Positions 24,811 through 35,403 of a stretch of DNA of 36,924 bases are shown here, piece after piece (position 1 is the first letter of the stretch; every line of letters begins with the position of its first letter). The position numbers and the translations under genes are program-made. Source of the stretch: a virus. Under the pieces are notes generated by a model. It saw only the letters and a program-made list of their open reading frames with translations, did not search any database and was not told the origin of the DNA. The stretch lies in the IMG/VR virus record IMGVR_UViG_3300045988_134434. One strand, 5' to 3'.

Positions 24811-27800
24811 ATGGCTAAAAAAACAAGCAGAGAGGTCAATATAGAATATAAGCTGATTAATAGTCAGTTCAACGCTTCTATTAAGGGCATTCAAAGTGAA
24901 ATTACAAACCTAACAAAGTCATTTAAGCTACAGTCAGAGCAGATGAAATTAACAGGGTCAGAGTCTGAAAAGTTAGGTGCTACCCTAGACCACTTAAAGC
25001 AGAAGCAGGCCTTACAGAAGGAAAAGACTGAGGAAATCAGGAAGGCCCTAGAAAATGCCAAGAAGACCATGGGCGAGAATTCCACAGAGGCTAAGAAGTG
25101 GGCCAGTCAGCTTATGGACTCACAAAAGGCAGAAGCTACCCTTGGTAATCAGATAAGCATAACTAATCAGAAGCTAGCTGAAGCACAGAAGGCTGAAAGT
25201 GCAGCTGCTAAGGCGAGCCAGGAAAGAAAAGAAAAGCTAAGGGAACTTGCTTCTGAACAGGACAAGGTCACATCTAAGATGGATGCATTAACTGCAAAAT
25301 ATAATGCACAGGTCACGGCACTAGGTAACAATGCAAGTGAATCTGATAAGCTTAAAGTAAGGCAGACCTATTTAAAAGAGGCTATGGCCACTACCAAGCA
25401 AGAGGTCAAGAGCCTTGAAGAAAGTCTGAAAGTAGCCAAGCAAGAATTTGGTGCAAACTCCGTTGAAGTAAATAAGCTTGAAAAAGAACTAGCAGAAGCT
25501 ACTGCCAAGGCCAAGGAGTTTGAGAATGAGTATTCAAATGTAGGAAGCACAGCTAAGAGGGTGTCGGACAAGCTATCAAACACAGGCAAGACTATTTCAA
25601 ATATAGGTGATTCATATTCTAAAAGGGTATCAATCCCGCTATTGGCAGGAATAGGCGCTACTGTTAAAGTTGCTAGTGACTTAGAAACTGCATTTACAGG
25701 AGTAAGAAAGACAGTAGATGAAGTCAGAGACAAGAATGGCAATCTAGTCATTTCCTATAAAGATCTTGAAAATGGAATAATTGAAATGTCTAAGACCATG
25801 CCGACATCTGCAGTTGAAATAGCGGGAGTAGTAGAGGCTGCAGGTCAGTTGGGTGTTAAGGCTAATGATGTCTTGTCATTTTCAAAGACAATGGTGCAAA
25901 TGGGTGAAGCTACAAACCTAAGTGCAACAGACGCAGCTACATCAATAGCAAGATTTACAAATATCATGGGTGGGTCACTTGGTCAGGTAGATAGACTTGG
26001 GTCATCTATAGTATACCTAGGCAATAACTACGCAACTACTGAATCCGAGATTACTGCAATGGCTATGAGGCTAGCAGGTTCAGGACATCAGATAGGATTG
26101 ACCCAACAGAATGTACTTGCCCTAGCTACTGCAATGAGTTCATTGGGAATTGAAGCTGATGCAGGTGGATCCTCAATGTCTAAGGTTATGACCAAAATGC
26201 AAAACGCAGTAATGGGACCACAAGAAGCGTTTAAGGCATTTCAAGGTGAATTAAGTAGAGTTGGTGTAACATATCAAGATGTAAGAGCAGCTATTGAAAA
26301 GGGCGGCGAAACGCTAGAGGAGATGGCCAATAAAACAGGCTACACCAAAAGCGCATTGAAAGACATGGTCAAAGAATTTGACGAAGGACAATCTAAAATT
26401 GATTTATTCGCAAAAGTAGCAGGAATGTCATCCGAGCAGTTCGCTAAGACATTTAAAGAAAAGCCTATAGAAGCAATCAATGCCTTTGTAAAAGGCTTGG
26501 GAGAAATGGGCAAGCGAGGGGAAAATGTCAATACCGTTCTAAGTGATTTGGGAATCACCGAACTAAGAGAAACTGATACGCTTAAAAGGTTGGCAGGTGG
26601 TCAAGATATACTAACAAATGCAATTGAAGATGCAAATAAGGCTTGGGATGAGAACAATGCATTAACTAATGAAGCACAGAAAAGAAATGACACATTCGCA
26701 GGTAAGATGGGCATGCTGAAGAATGAAATAATAGCATTTATGAATGATGCAGGAAAGCCAATAGCTGATGCACTAAAGACCATGTTTGAACACTTAAAGC
26801 CAGTTTTAGAAGCAATAGGGAGACTAGCTAAGAAGTTCAACGAGGCTAGCCCTGAAACACAGAAGATGGTAATGGCAATAGGGTTAGTAGTAATAGCAAT
26901 TGGTCCAGTCTTATCCATTGTTGGCCGACTACTATCAGTATTTGGGACCCTGTCAGGAGCCTGGGCAACTGCATTTGCAGGAGCAGAAGCAGCTACACCT
27001 GCAGTTAAGGGTCTATCTATGGTCTTAAAAGGCATAAGTAAGATTGCAGGCCCTATTCTTACAGTATTTAAAGGCTTATTCTCAGGCCTTGCAGGAGTAT
27101 TCGCAAGACTACTTCCAATGGTAGCGGGTGCCTTACAGTCAGTTGCTGCATTTATAATAGCAAATCCAATAGCCCTTGCAGTTGCTGCTGCAGTTGCCGC
27201 CCTAATATTCATATGGGTAAAGTGGGGAGATGATATTAAAGCCTTCTTTAAGAAACACTGGGAAGAAACTAAGCAGATATTTCTTGATGGTTGGAATGCT
27301 GTCACTGAAGGTATAACAAACGCTTGGAATGGCTTTATTGAAGGTGCTAAGACACTTTGGGAAAACTTCAAGTTAGTATTCAAGTTCCTATGGGACCATA
27401 TCAAGGAAATATTCATGATAAGTTGGGAAGCTATCACATCACCAATAACACTTGCTATGAAATTGTTTATAGGTGTAATTAAGACCATATGGGAGCCTAT
27501 GACTCAATTCTTTTCACAGACTTGGGGCAAAATAAAAGACAGTGCGACAAATACATGGAATGCAACAACAAGCTTCTTGCAAAATACATGGACAAATATC
27601 AAGACTAAGGCGTCTGAAACTTTTACAAATTTAAAGACATTTCTAGGTACAACATGGGACAATATCAAGTCAACAACTAGTAGCACTTGGGATAACATCA
27701 AGACTAATCTAGGGCAGAACTGGGACAATATAAGAAGTAATGCATCTAGTAAGTTTGAATCCATCAGGCAGACCATTTCAACTGCATGGGGGAACATTAA

Positions 27801-28290
27801 GACTATTTCAGGTGCGGTTTGGGATGTAATCAAACAGTCTATCAGTGGCAAGATGGATGGCATCAAGAACCACATAAGAGGAGCCATAGATTCAATAACA
27901 GGATTTTTTAGAAATTGCAGGCTTGAATTACCTCACATAAGGCTACCTCACTTTAATATTAGTGGTAGCTTCTCACTTAACCCGCCGAGTATACCTCATA
28001 TATCGGTTGATTGGTATAAAACGGGTGGTATAGCCACAGGCCCAAGCATAGTTGGTATAGGTGAAGCAGGAAAAGAGGCCGTTGTTCCACTTGAAGGTAG
28101 ATATATGATGCCATTCGCACAGGCTATTGTAGATAGGATAAAATTTGACAATAGCAACAACGGGACAATTAACGTTATTTTAAATCAGGACATCAAAGAA
28201 ACTGCAGACTTTAGGCAGGGCATGGATATCATTGACCATGAACTAAAGAGGCGAGGATATAAGTTGAGTTATGGAAGGGGGGCAATCTAA
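24811..28290 (+). CDS. Tail tape measure protein.
   Basis: 1159 aa with an N-terminal coiled coil. TP901-like core GNNYATTESEITAMAMRLAGSGHQIGLTQQNVLALATAMSSLGIEADAGGSSMSKVM. Hydrophobic segments and C-terminal Trp-rich repeats. Confidence 0.9.
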   Translation: MAKKTSREVNIEYKLINSQFNASIKGIQSEITNLTKSFKLQSEQMKLTGSESEKLGATLDHLKQKQALQKEKTEEIRKALENAKKTMGENSTEAKKWASQLMDSQKAEATLGNQISITNQKLAEAQKAESAAAKASQERKEKLRELASEQDKVTSKMDALTAKYNAQVTALGNNASESDKLKVRQTYLKEAMATTKQEVKSLEESLKVAKQEFGANSVEVNKLEKELAEATAKAKEFENEYSNVGSTAKRVSDKLSNTGKTISNIGDSYSKRVSIPLLAGIGATVKVASDLETAFTGVRKTVDEVRDKNGNLVISYKDLENGIIEMSKTMPTSAVEIAGVVEAAGQLGVKANDVLSFSKTMVQMGEATNLSATDAATSIARFTNIMGGSLGQVDRLGSSIVYLGNNYATTESEITAMAMRLAGSGHQIGLTQQNVLALATAMSSLGIEADAGGSSMSKVMTKMQNAVMGPQEAFKAFQGELSRVGVTYQDVRAAIEKGGETLEEMANKTGYTKSALKDMVKEFDEGQSKIDLFAKVAGMSSEQFAKTFKEKPIEAINAFVKGLGEMGKRGENVNTVLSDLGITELRETDTLKRLAGGQDILTNAIEDANKAWDENNALTNEAQKRNDTFAGKMGMLKNEIIAFMNDAGKPIADALKTMFEHLKPVLEAIGRLAKKFNEASPETQKMVMAIGLVVIAIGPVLSIVGRLLSVFGTLSGAWATAFAGAEAATPAVKGLSMVLKGISKIAGPILTVFKGLFSGLAGVFARLLPMVAGALQSVAAFIIANPIALAVAAAVAALIFIWVKWGDDIKAFFKKHWEETKQIFLDGWNAVTEGITNAWNGFIEGAKTLWENFKLVFKFLWDHIKEIFMISWEAITSPITLAMKLFIGVIKTIWEPMTQFFSQTWGKIKDSATNTWNATTSFLQNTWTNIKTKASETFTNLKTFLGTTWDNIKSTTSSTWDNIKTNLGQNWDNIRSNASSKFESIRQTISTAWGNIKTISGAVWDVIKQSISGKMDGIKNHIRGAIDSITGFFRNCRLELPHIRLPHFNISGSFSLNPPSIPHISVDWYKTGGIATGPSIVGIGEAGKEAVVPLEGRYMMPFAQAIVDRIKFDNSNNGTINVILNQDIKETADFRQGMDIIDHELKRRGYKLSYGRGAI

Positions 28291-28291
28291 A

Positions 28292-28999
28292 ATGCAGAAG
28301 TTAATAGTTGAAGTAAATGAGAAAATGATAGACCTGTCTAAGCTAGGATTTTGCATAAAGGAAAGGCCCTCAATTCCAACATCTGAAAGGGTTATAGAAA
28401 CAATAGATATCCCAGGACGTGATGGGGATTTACATGTTGAAAAGGGATATAAGGATATTGATATCACAGTTGAACTTAACTTCATGGACGACCATCTAAA
28501 GGATAGAATAAGGGGGGTCAAGGAAATATTGCTTGACTGTGACAAGATTATATTTTCAGACGATCAGGAGTTCTGCTACATGGTAAATTTCACCAAGATA
28601 GGTGATATAGAGAATGAGGTAGACTTCTATGGATCCTTTGAAGTCACATTTAACTGTAAGCCTTTTAGCTATAAGCTATCCACTTTTAAATTTGTATCAG
28701 CAATTGATTCATTTAGGGTAGATGGGTATAAGTCAGCCCCACTATTTAAAATTACAAATTCACAGGGAGATTGTTATTTTATATTAGATAATGATAATAG
28801 TAAGAAAATTGGAGTAAACATAAGGGCATCTGTGGTTTATGTCGACTGTGAAAATATGACTTGCAGAAGTGATGATGGCATTAATTTACTAGAATATATG
28901 ATAGGTGACTTTATTGAACTTGATAGGGGCATTCACAGAGTCACTGCATATGGTGGAATGTCTAAGGTTGAGGTCATGACAAGAGAGGGGTGGAGATAG
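28292..28999 (+). CDS. Distal tail protein (Dit).
   Basis: Position directly after TMP. About 235 aa. Confidence 0.55.
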   Translation: MQKLIVEVNEKMIDLSKLGFCIKERPSIPTSERVIETIDIPGRDGDLHVEKGYKDIDITVELNFMDDHLKDRIRGVKEILLDCDKIIFSDDQEFCYMVNFTKIGDIENEVDFYGSFEVTFNCKPFSYKLSTFKFVSAIDSFRVDGYKSAPLFKITNSQGDCYFILDNDNSKKIGVNIRASVVYVDCENMTCRSDDGINLLEYMIGDFIELDRGIHRVTAYGGMSKVEVMTREGWR

Positions 29000-31539
29000 T
29001 GATTAGAGTTTACAGGTCAAATGAAATTAATTTCAAAAGAAATGGGGTTCAGGTCCTTGATAGGCTAATATCTAACCCGGTAGTATCCGAGGAAATCAAT
29101 GGTATATATCAGCTTGAATTTTCTATTCCAATTAAGGATTCAGATTATATCGAGATGGAAAATATTGTTGTCGCACCCACTCCAACAAATGACGACCAGG
29201 CATTCAGGATATCGCATATAAGAAAAAGCAATGGAATGTACCACGTCACATGCTATCATATATTCTATGACCTTAATCATAATTTAATAGAGGATATAAA
29301 TATTGTAAATTTAGGGGCGAGTGCAGCCCTTGAAAAAATTGATAAGGGATGTGTTAATACGCATCCTTTTAAAATTTATACAGATATTTCAAATAAGGTG
29401 GCCAGTAGTCGAATAGTTAGATATAACCCGGTCAGAGCAATGCTAGGAAGTGATGATAATTCATTCATTAATAGATGGGGTGGAGAGGTTGAAAGAAACA
29501 ACTTCAATATTACTTTTAGAAAACGACTGGGGATTGATAGTTCAGTTCAAATTAGATACAAGAAGAATTTAATAGGCTATGAAGCCGATATTGACTACAC
29601 ACAGATTACTACCAAAATAATGCCTAAGGCAGCTGATGGGGTTCTTCTTCCTGAAAGATATATAACATCACCTAAAGTTAATCAATATCACAATACTAAA
29701 ATCAAGGTAATTGAATATAGTGATATTAAGATTAGGGATGTAGGATCAAGTGACACAGAAGGAATGACCAAGGAAGAAGCCTACACTGAAATGCGAAGAA
29801 GAGCCTGGGCAGAATTTAGTGAAAATCACATTGATGAGCCTAGGGCTAATTATAAGGTCAGCTTTATAGACTTAGAAAAGACTAAGGAATATAAGCATAT
29901 TAAGAAACTTGAGAACATTAATATAGGGGATACCCTAAAAGTAATACATCCTGAAGAAAAGGTCAGTATCACCGCTAGAATGATAAGTTACAAATATGAC
30001 CCTGTTAGCATGAAATATATTGAAGTAGAGCTAGGGAATATTGCTGAAACTTTTACATCAATCACATCAGAACTAAGGCGAATTAATGACAAAATTGATA
30101 CCGATGTAATGAGTGCGGTTGATGACTCCAAGAAGTTGGCAACTAAAATGTTAAAAGAAGGATTTGGGGGACATGTTAAAATTATGCCCGACAAGATCCT
30201 GATAATGGACACCGACAACGAGAATACCGCCAAAAAAATATGGATGTGGAATAAGAATGGCTTAGGGTTTTCTAATACAGGAATAAACGGTCCATATGGG
30301 CTTGCAATGACTAAAGACGGGTCAATAGTTGCCGACTATATCACATCAGGAAAGCTAAACGCTAATGTAATCAGGGCAGGGCAAATTGTTGGTAAGAACT
30401 TTAATTTAGACTTAGACAGTGGACTAGCTAAGTTTGGGGCAAATTCAATAACTAAGGACAGCCTAAGCCAAGAGTTAAAAAACGAATTAAAAGGGAAAGA
30501 TGGACGAGATGGAACAGATGCCACATTGTATGAATGGTTAAGGGACTGGAATGGCACCTACACACAAGTAGACGGCCGTAAAGTCATATCACCTAATATA
30601 TTTGCAGGTAATAGAGATGGTGGTGTTTTCTTTAATGAAAATGGACTATACGTAAAAAGGGGTGGTACAACAACCGCCTGGATAAGTAATAATGGTTCAG
30701 GATTTTTTGGAAATTCAACAGACAATATTAGTTGGGATAGCAGTGGCAATATTAGGCTTCCTAAAATAACCACAGACGCAATATATCCTGGAAATAGCGA
30801 ACGTATAATTTTAGAGCGTGGATTAGCACCTGGTGCCAATGACGCTAAATCTATTGATGCTACGGGTAATGCTATAAGATTAAAATATAGCGCCTATGCA
30901 TATTTGAGTGTCAGCAATACTGGGATAAGTGGATATAGGGCAGGCGAACGTAAATTTGCAACAGCGGGCCAATATGACGGAATATCCGTAGCAAGTGGTA
31001 CTGTGATGAATCTTGATAGTTCTGATACTCTAATGTCAGTTAATTCAGAGGCATTTTGGTCTAGGGCGGGTGGAACGCAGGTAATCTTAGCCACTAGAGA
31101 AGGTGTATATTCTACCACTGCACAATTAAGTTCAGACGCTAAGTTAAAAGAAAATCTATGCAAAATTGATGATGATAAAATTATACGCAAGAATGACGAT
31201 GTAAAATTCAATAATTTAACTAGTAGTGATGTGTTTGATTTTTTAAGAAATACATCACTTTTTAATTACAATTTCAAGGGTCAAAATAAGCCTAGGTTTT
31301 CACTTGTAGCGCAGCTCATTAAAGATCCTATAAGAAGCGTAATAGTAGGCTACAACAAGATAAATAAGACATATGCAATAGACGTATACAATTATACATC
31401 AATCTTACATGCAGGCATGCAAGAGGAAATTAAGAAAAGAGAAATGTTGGAAGCTAGGGTCACGTCCTTAGAGTCTGATATAGATATTTTAAGAAAAGAG
31501 TTAGAAACTCTTAAAAGTATGTTGTCTACAAACAAGTAG
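28990..31539 (+). CDS. Tail-associated lysin / tail tip protein (Tal) with a C-terminal coiled coil.
   Basis: 849 aa, after Dit. C-terminus EEIKKREMLEARVTSLESDIDILRKELETLKSML. Confidence 0.6.
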   Translation: MEIVIRVYRSNEINFKRNGVQVLDRLISNPVVSEEINGIYQLEFSIPIKDSDYIEMENIVVAPTPTNDDQAFRISHIRKSNGMYHVTCYHIFYDLNHNLIEDINIVNLGASAALEKIDKGCVNTHPFKIYTDISNKVASSRIVRYNPVRAMLGSDDNSFINRWGGEVERNNFNITFRKRLGIDSSVQIRYKKNLIGYEADIDYTQITTKIMPKAADGVLLPERYITSPKVNQYHNTKIKVIEYSDIKIRDVGSSDTEGMTKEEAYTEMRRRAWAEFSENHIDEPRANYKVSFIDLEKTKEYKHIKKLENINIGDTLKVIHPEEKVSITARMISYKYDPVSMKYIEVELGNIAETFTSITSELRRINDKIDTDVMSAVDDSKKLATKMLKEGFGGHVKIMPDKILIMDTDNENTAKKIWMWNKNGLGFSNTGINGPYGLAMTKDGSIVADYITSGKLNANVIRAGQIVGKNFNLDLDSGLAKFGANSITKDSLSQELKNELKGKDGRDGTDATLYEWLRDWNGTYTQVDGRKVISPNIFAGNRDGGVFFNENGLYVKRGGTTTAWISNNGSGFFGNSTDNISWDSSGNIRLPKITTDAIYPGNSERIILERGLAPGANDAKSIDATGNAIRLKYSAYAYLSVSNTGISGYRAGERKFATAGQYDGISVASGTVMNLDSSDTLMSVNSEAFWSRAGGTQVILATREGVYSTTAQLSSDAKLKENLCKIDDDKIIRKNDDVKFNNLTSSDVFDFLRNTSLFNYNFKGQNKPRFSLVAQLIKDPIRSVIVGYNKINKTYAIDVYNYTSILHAGMQEEIKKREMLEARVTSLESDIDILRKELETLKSMLSTNK

Positions 31540-31557
31540 GCAGAAAGGGGCAATATT

Positions 31558-32508
31558 ATGGCACTTAGAGACATAGGAAAAGCAAAGTATAAAATAACTA
31601 TGAAAGATGGATATATTGAGGATTGCTATGCGACTCAATATGACACTGCCAGGGTGTTTGAATTCCAGGTATTTAATGACTCTCAAATAATGAGCCTATC
31701 AGGTATTACAATTAAAATGATGGTAGAACAAGGCACTAAGGTGGTATTTGCAACTGGGTCAGTGGTCAATGCAGACCAGGGAATATTCCAAGTAGTCTTA
31801 AATTCTGAAATGCTTGAAAATGACTCAATCCACTATGCACAGATTGAAATGTCAAATGGCAGTGAGTCTATCCAGTCCCCACCTTTTAAAATTAAGATAG
31901 GTAAATCGATTAAGACAGGTGCAAAGGCAGGGGTTAATATAGTAGTTGACTATGCCAAAGTAAAGCAGTATATAGATGAGATTACCCACCTTAGGCTACA
32001 CACAGACGAATTAAAAGGCCCTAAGGGTGATAAGCCAGTAATTACAATCAACGACAAGGGGAACTGGGTCATTGACAATGTAGACACAGGCAAAAGGGCA
32101 ATTGGTCAAGATGGTAAGATGTCATTTGAAGAGTTGTCACAGGAGCAAAAGAACAGTCTAAAAGGTGCTAAGGGTGACAAGGGAGATACTGGACTAACAG
32201 GCCCTAAGGGTGATAAGCCAGTAATCACAATTCAAAATGGTAATTGGTATGTTGACGGAGTAGACACAAGGCAGAAGGCAAAGGGTGAAGATGGTCAAGT
32301 AACATTTGAAGCACTTACACCAACGCAGAAGGCGAGTTTAAAAGGTGATAAGGGTGACCCTGGGGCAAATGGTCAACCAGGGGCTAAAGGTGATAAAGGC
32401 GAACAGGGTCTACCTGGTGAAGTAAGAGTCTTGACTCAAGCAGAGTACAATGCGCTTACAATAGCACCTACTGACAAGACATTTTATTTAATTAAGAAAG
32501 AGGTGTAA
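31558..32508 (+). CDS. BppU-like baseplate/fibre protein with collagen-like G-X-Y repeats and an internal tandem duplication.
   Basis: N-terminus DCYATQYDTARVFEFQVFND (BppU-N-like). GPKGDKPVITI... units start at 32037 and 32200 with identical 26-bp DNA. GDKGDPGANGQPGAKGDKGEQGLPGE. Confidence 0.5.
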   Translation: MALRDIGKAKYKITMKDGYIEDCYATQYDTARVFEFQVFNDSQIMSLSGITIKMMVEQGTKVVFATGSVVNADQGIFQVVLNSEMLENDSIHYAQIEMSNGSESIQSPPFKIKIGKSIKTGAKAGVNIVVDYAKVKQYIDEITHLRLHTDELKGPKGDKPVITINDKGNWVIDNVDTGKRAIGQDGKMSFEELSQEQKNSLKGAKGDKGDTGLTGPKGDKPVITIQNGNWYVDGVDTRQKAKGEDGQVTFEALTPTQKASLKGDKGDPGANGQPGAKGDKGEQGLPGEVRVLTQAEYNALTIAPTDKTFYLIKKEV

Positions 32509-32511
32509 TTT

Positions 32512-33564
32512 ATGGCTACTTTAAATTTGAATACTGAGAAAATAGACAAGCTATATATCGGCAGTCAGCTAGTAGTTGAGTCAGGCGGGCTTACCAGTGG
32601 AAGCTTTATACCTATAGATAAGCTAGTTGAAAAAAGAGACAGAAGCCTCATTTTTGAAAATACAAACAAAGCATTTGATGCACAGTATAGCAATTTTTCA
32701 TGGCATAAATTAATGGGCGAATACGATGGGAAATATGTGTTTTCATCAAGTAATACAACTATATTTGTTGAAAAAGATAGTTTAAACGTAGAAAAAAAGT
32801 ACTTTGGTGTACCTGCATATAATGGGTTTATATATAAAACAAATACAATGGTTGGTTATTACGGTGGGACCTTAGCATTAATAAATTTAGAATCTGGGAA
32901 ATACACCAACCTTAATGTTAATTGTGAGTTAGCGGTGTGTATAAATCACAAGTCATTTTACGTAGTAGGACCAAACCTTAAAGGGCTAACTGATGTGCCT
33001 AATGCGGAGATCGTGATAGTAAATAGCCTAGAAGATAAATCTAAAAATGTTGTTATAAAAACACCTGAAACAATTTTTAAACAAGGGGTTGAGGTGGTTT
33101 TCATAAACGATAAATTCTTATACTATACAAAAGATGATAAGTGTTTGTATACATATGACTTAAATACCCATACCAACAACAAAATACATACCGGACTATC
33201 AAGTAAATATATTCAAGTGAATTATCAAACAGGAAAGGTTTTATTTGAGTCGAATTCTAATATATATGAAATAAGAGATAGTACAGTTGTGGTTGCGAAT
33301 AAATTGGTAGACAATCAGGTTTACTTACATACCCTTCGCAGTAAATACGACCATTTTCTAGCATTAACTCAAGATGGAAAGTTAATCATATTAGATGAGC
33401 AGCTAGATGTAGTAGTCACAAAAGATTTAGACTTGAACGAAGCCTTTTTGTTAGATGTGAGCGATAATAACATATTTATACAAGTTGGGAGAGCGTCAGG
33501 CTCTCAAAAAATGGTCTACAATTTTGATTTTAGTGAAAAGATTATAGGATATACTGTAAAATAA
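32512..33564 (+). CDS. Putative receptor-binding / distal fibre protein (beta-rich repeats).
   Basis: Position after the BppU-like gene. Recurrent YxYDLNT-like motifs. Confidence 0.35.
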   Translation: MATLNLNTEKIDKLYIGSQLVVESGGLTSGSFIPIDKLVEKRDRSLIFENTNKAFDAQYSNFSWHKLMGEYDGKYVFSSSNTTIFVEKDSLNVEKKYFGVPAYNGFIYKTNTMVGYYGGTLALINLESGKYTNLNVNCELAVCINHKSFYVVGPNLKGLTDVPNAEIVIVNSLEDKSKNVVIKTPETIFKQGVEVVFINDKFLYYTKDDKCLYTYDLNTHTNNKIHTGLSSKYIQVNYQTGKVLFESNSNIYEIRDSTVVVANKLVDNQVYLHTLRSKYDHFLALTQDGKLIILDEQLDVVVTKDLDLNEAFLLDVSDNNIFIQVGRASGSQKMVYNFDFSEKIIGYTVK

Positions 33565-33581
33565 AGAAAGGGAGTATAAAA

Positions 33582-33980
33582 ATGACAGCAGCACATTTAT
33601 TTGATTTTTTTAGAGGTTGTACAAACACACAGGAATCAAGAGTTGTATTCGTGCTAGCACTAATAGCTAGTGCTATGATTATTGATTTTATAACTGGGGT
33701 AATTGGAGCTTGGGTAAACCCTAAAATAGATTTTAAATCTAAGGCCGGGATTAATGGGATTCTAAGGAAAGTGGCCAGTATGTTAGCACTAACAATATTC
33801 TTGCCGGTTAGCACATTGCTACCAAGCGGGATAGATACAATGCTTATATCCACGCTATATATAGGGTACTTATTCTTTGAAATGAAGTCAATAATAGAAA
33901 ACCTAGGGAAATGCGGCATTGACACAACGCTTTTCAAGGATATACTAGGCAAGATGTCAGGAAAAACAGAAGATAAATAA
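33582..33980 (+). CDS. Holin (TcdE / phi LC3-like family).
   Basis: DFITGVIGAWVNPKIDFKSKAGINGILRKVASMLALTIFLPV with predicted TM segments. It lies immediately upstream of the endolysin. Confidence 0.75.
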   Translation: MTAAHLFDFFRGCTNTQESRVVFVLALIASAMIIDFITGVIGAWVNPKIDFKSKAGINGILRKVASMLALTIFLPVSTLLPSGIDTMLISTLYIGYLFFEMKSIIENLGKCGIDTTLFKDILGKMSGKTEDK

Positions 33981-34043
33981 ATTTTAATTTTGAGGTGGTC
34001 TTTACGGCCACCTTTTATATTTTAGGAAAGTGAGGTAAAAAAG

Positions 34044-34883
34044 ATGAAGATATTCTTAAGTGTTGGGCACTCAATTTTAAAAGGTGGTGGCTGCACATCA
34101 GCTAGTGGATATACTCACGAGTATAAATATAATAAGGAGCTAGCCCCGTATATTAAGAGGATTTTAGAATTACTAGGTCATTCATGCGACGTGATAGTTT
34201 GCCCTGAGGGAGTATTCCCAAGTAAAAGAAGTGAATATAGCTATAAAATTCCAATAGCAAATTCAGGCAAGTATGATCTTGTCTGCGAACTGCATTTAAA
34301 TGCTGCAGATGGTGCAGGGCATGGTGTAGAAGTTTTCCACTATCCAGGAGATAAAAAGGGCTATAGCATAGCCAATCAGATATGTAAGAATATCAGTAGC
34401 CTAGGCTTTACCAATCGTGGACCAATAACCGGACAACTATATATGATAAACGACACTAAGCCAACAGCTGTACTTGTGGAGTCTTTTTTCTGTGACAATA
34501 AAAAGGATTCAGACCAGGCTAAGAAAATAGGATTTGAGAAGATGGCCCAGGCTATAGCTTATGGTATTTTAGGTAAGGCCCCCGATAGCACCATAGAAGA
34601 AGTTGAGCAGACCACTCAAAGGGCAGTCCCTAAGTCAGGATGGACTGAAGAAAACGGCGGGTGGTACTATTACGATAAGGGCAAGAAAAGAACTGGCTGG
34701 CTAAAGTCAGGATCTAAGTGGTTTTACCTAAAACCAGACAAAGACGGGGAGATGGCCACAGGTTGGCTAAAATACAATAACAATTGGTTTTACTTCAATT
34801 CTAAAGGTTATTGTATGACGGGCAAGCAGGTCATTGACGGTAAGACACATGAATTTGATAAAGACGGCTACTTGATAAAGTAG
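34044..34883 (+). CDS. Endolysin: N-acetylmuramoyl-L-alanine amidase with C-terminal choline-binding-like cell-wall repeats.
   Basis: N-terminal LSVGHSILKGGG...ELHLNAA (amidase_3-like). C-terminal GWTEENGGWYYYDKGKKRTGWLKSGSKWFYL...GWLKYNNNWFYF repeats. Confidence 0.8.
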   Translation: MKIFLSVGHSILKGGGCTSASGYTHEYKYNKELAPYIKRILELLGHSCDVIVCPEGVFPSKRSEYSYKIPIANSGKYDLVCELHLNAADGAGHGVEVFHYPGDKKGYSIANQICKNISSLGFTNRGPITGQLYMINDTKPTAVLVESFFCDNKKDSDQAKKIGFEKMAQAIAYGILGKAPDSTIEEVEQTTQRAVPKSGWTEENGGWYYYDKGKKRTGWLKSGSKWFYLKPDKDGEMATGWLKYNNNWFYFNSKGYCMTGKQVIDGKTHEFDKDGYLIK

Positions 34884-34890
34884 GCATTAA

Positions 34891-34921
34891 AATAGGGGGC
34901 TCAGTTGCCCCCTTATTTTTC
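34891..34921. terminator. Strong bidirectional terminator (gggggctcagttgccccc) between the endolysin and the convergent minus-strand cargo gene.
   Basis: A perfect GC-rich stem flanked by T-runs on the plus strand and A-runs on the other strand. Confidence 0.75.
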
Positions 34922-34935
34922 GTTTTTATTCATAT

Positions 34936-35307
34936 TTATTCATATCTATGATCTTTGATATGAATGTATTCTTTATTATCTATGCATATACGAGATACTG
35001 TTTTTTCTATCTCATAATCTCCAACAAACTGAATTATACAACTTTTTCCGGCATTATATACATTGATTTTCTTAGCTCTGGCCTCAAAAACCATCGCCTC
35101 ATCATCGTACACTCGCAACCATGTATCTGCTTCATATACCTTCTTATAATAATCAGGTATCTCAACAGTTTCATCAACTAGGTATCCCTTATAGTCTCCA
35201 TCTGAACCAGTATGCACTTCACCAATATTACATGGTGATTTTAATATTAGTGTAGCTATATCACTGTATCCCAGATCGACTACTTTGTCCTTATAATTTT
35301 TACTCAT
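34936..35307 (-). CDS. Hypothetical 123-aa cargo protein with its own consensus promoter.
   Basis: AAGGAG RBS. Upstream lie TTGACA-17-TATAAT (35369-35397, minus strand) and an A/T-rich UP-like tract. No motif was recognised. Confidence 0.5.
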   Translation of the reverse strand: MSKNYKDKVVDLGYSDIATLILKSPCNIGEVHTGSDGDYKGYLVDETVEIPDYYKKVYEADTWLRVYDDEAMVFEARAKKINVYNAGKSCIIQFVGDYEIEKTVSRICIDNKEYIHIKDHRYE

Positions 35308-35368
35308 TTTCTTAGTCTCCTTTTAACTTATATTTTCCGAGGTTTTCCTTAACTCTTTCTTTAATTAT

Positions 35369-35397
35369 ATTATACCTTAGTCGTACCGACTTGTCAA
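35369..35397 (-). promoter_or_regulatory. Consensus sigma-70 promoter (TTGACA-17 nt-TATAAT) with palindromic operator AGTCGGTACGACT in the spacer. Copy 1 of 2.
   Basis: The minus strand reads ttgacaagtcggtacgactaaggtataat. The 52-bp block 35361-35412 is repeated at 35899-35950. Confidence 0.65.
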
Positions 35398-35403
35398 TAC
35401 TTT

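Noticed and set aside
26601-27488. 295-aa minus-strand ORF, plus other antisense ORFs within the tape measure gene (25368-25751, 27504-27887).
   Set aside because: These are Ala/Ser/Ile-rich antisense frames of a long, repetitive TMP gene. They have no RBS and no independent evidence.
34936-35307. Considered whether the 123-aa protein is a MazF/PemK-type toxin paired with the AbrB/MazE-like protein.
   Set aside because: No MazF-like motifs were recognised by eye. The gene has a separate promoter and a 96-nt gap rather than the usual overlap, so only 'unknown effector' is claimed.
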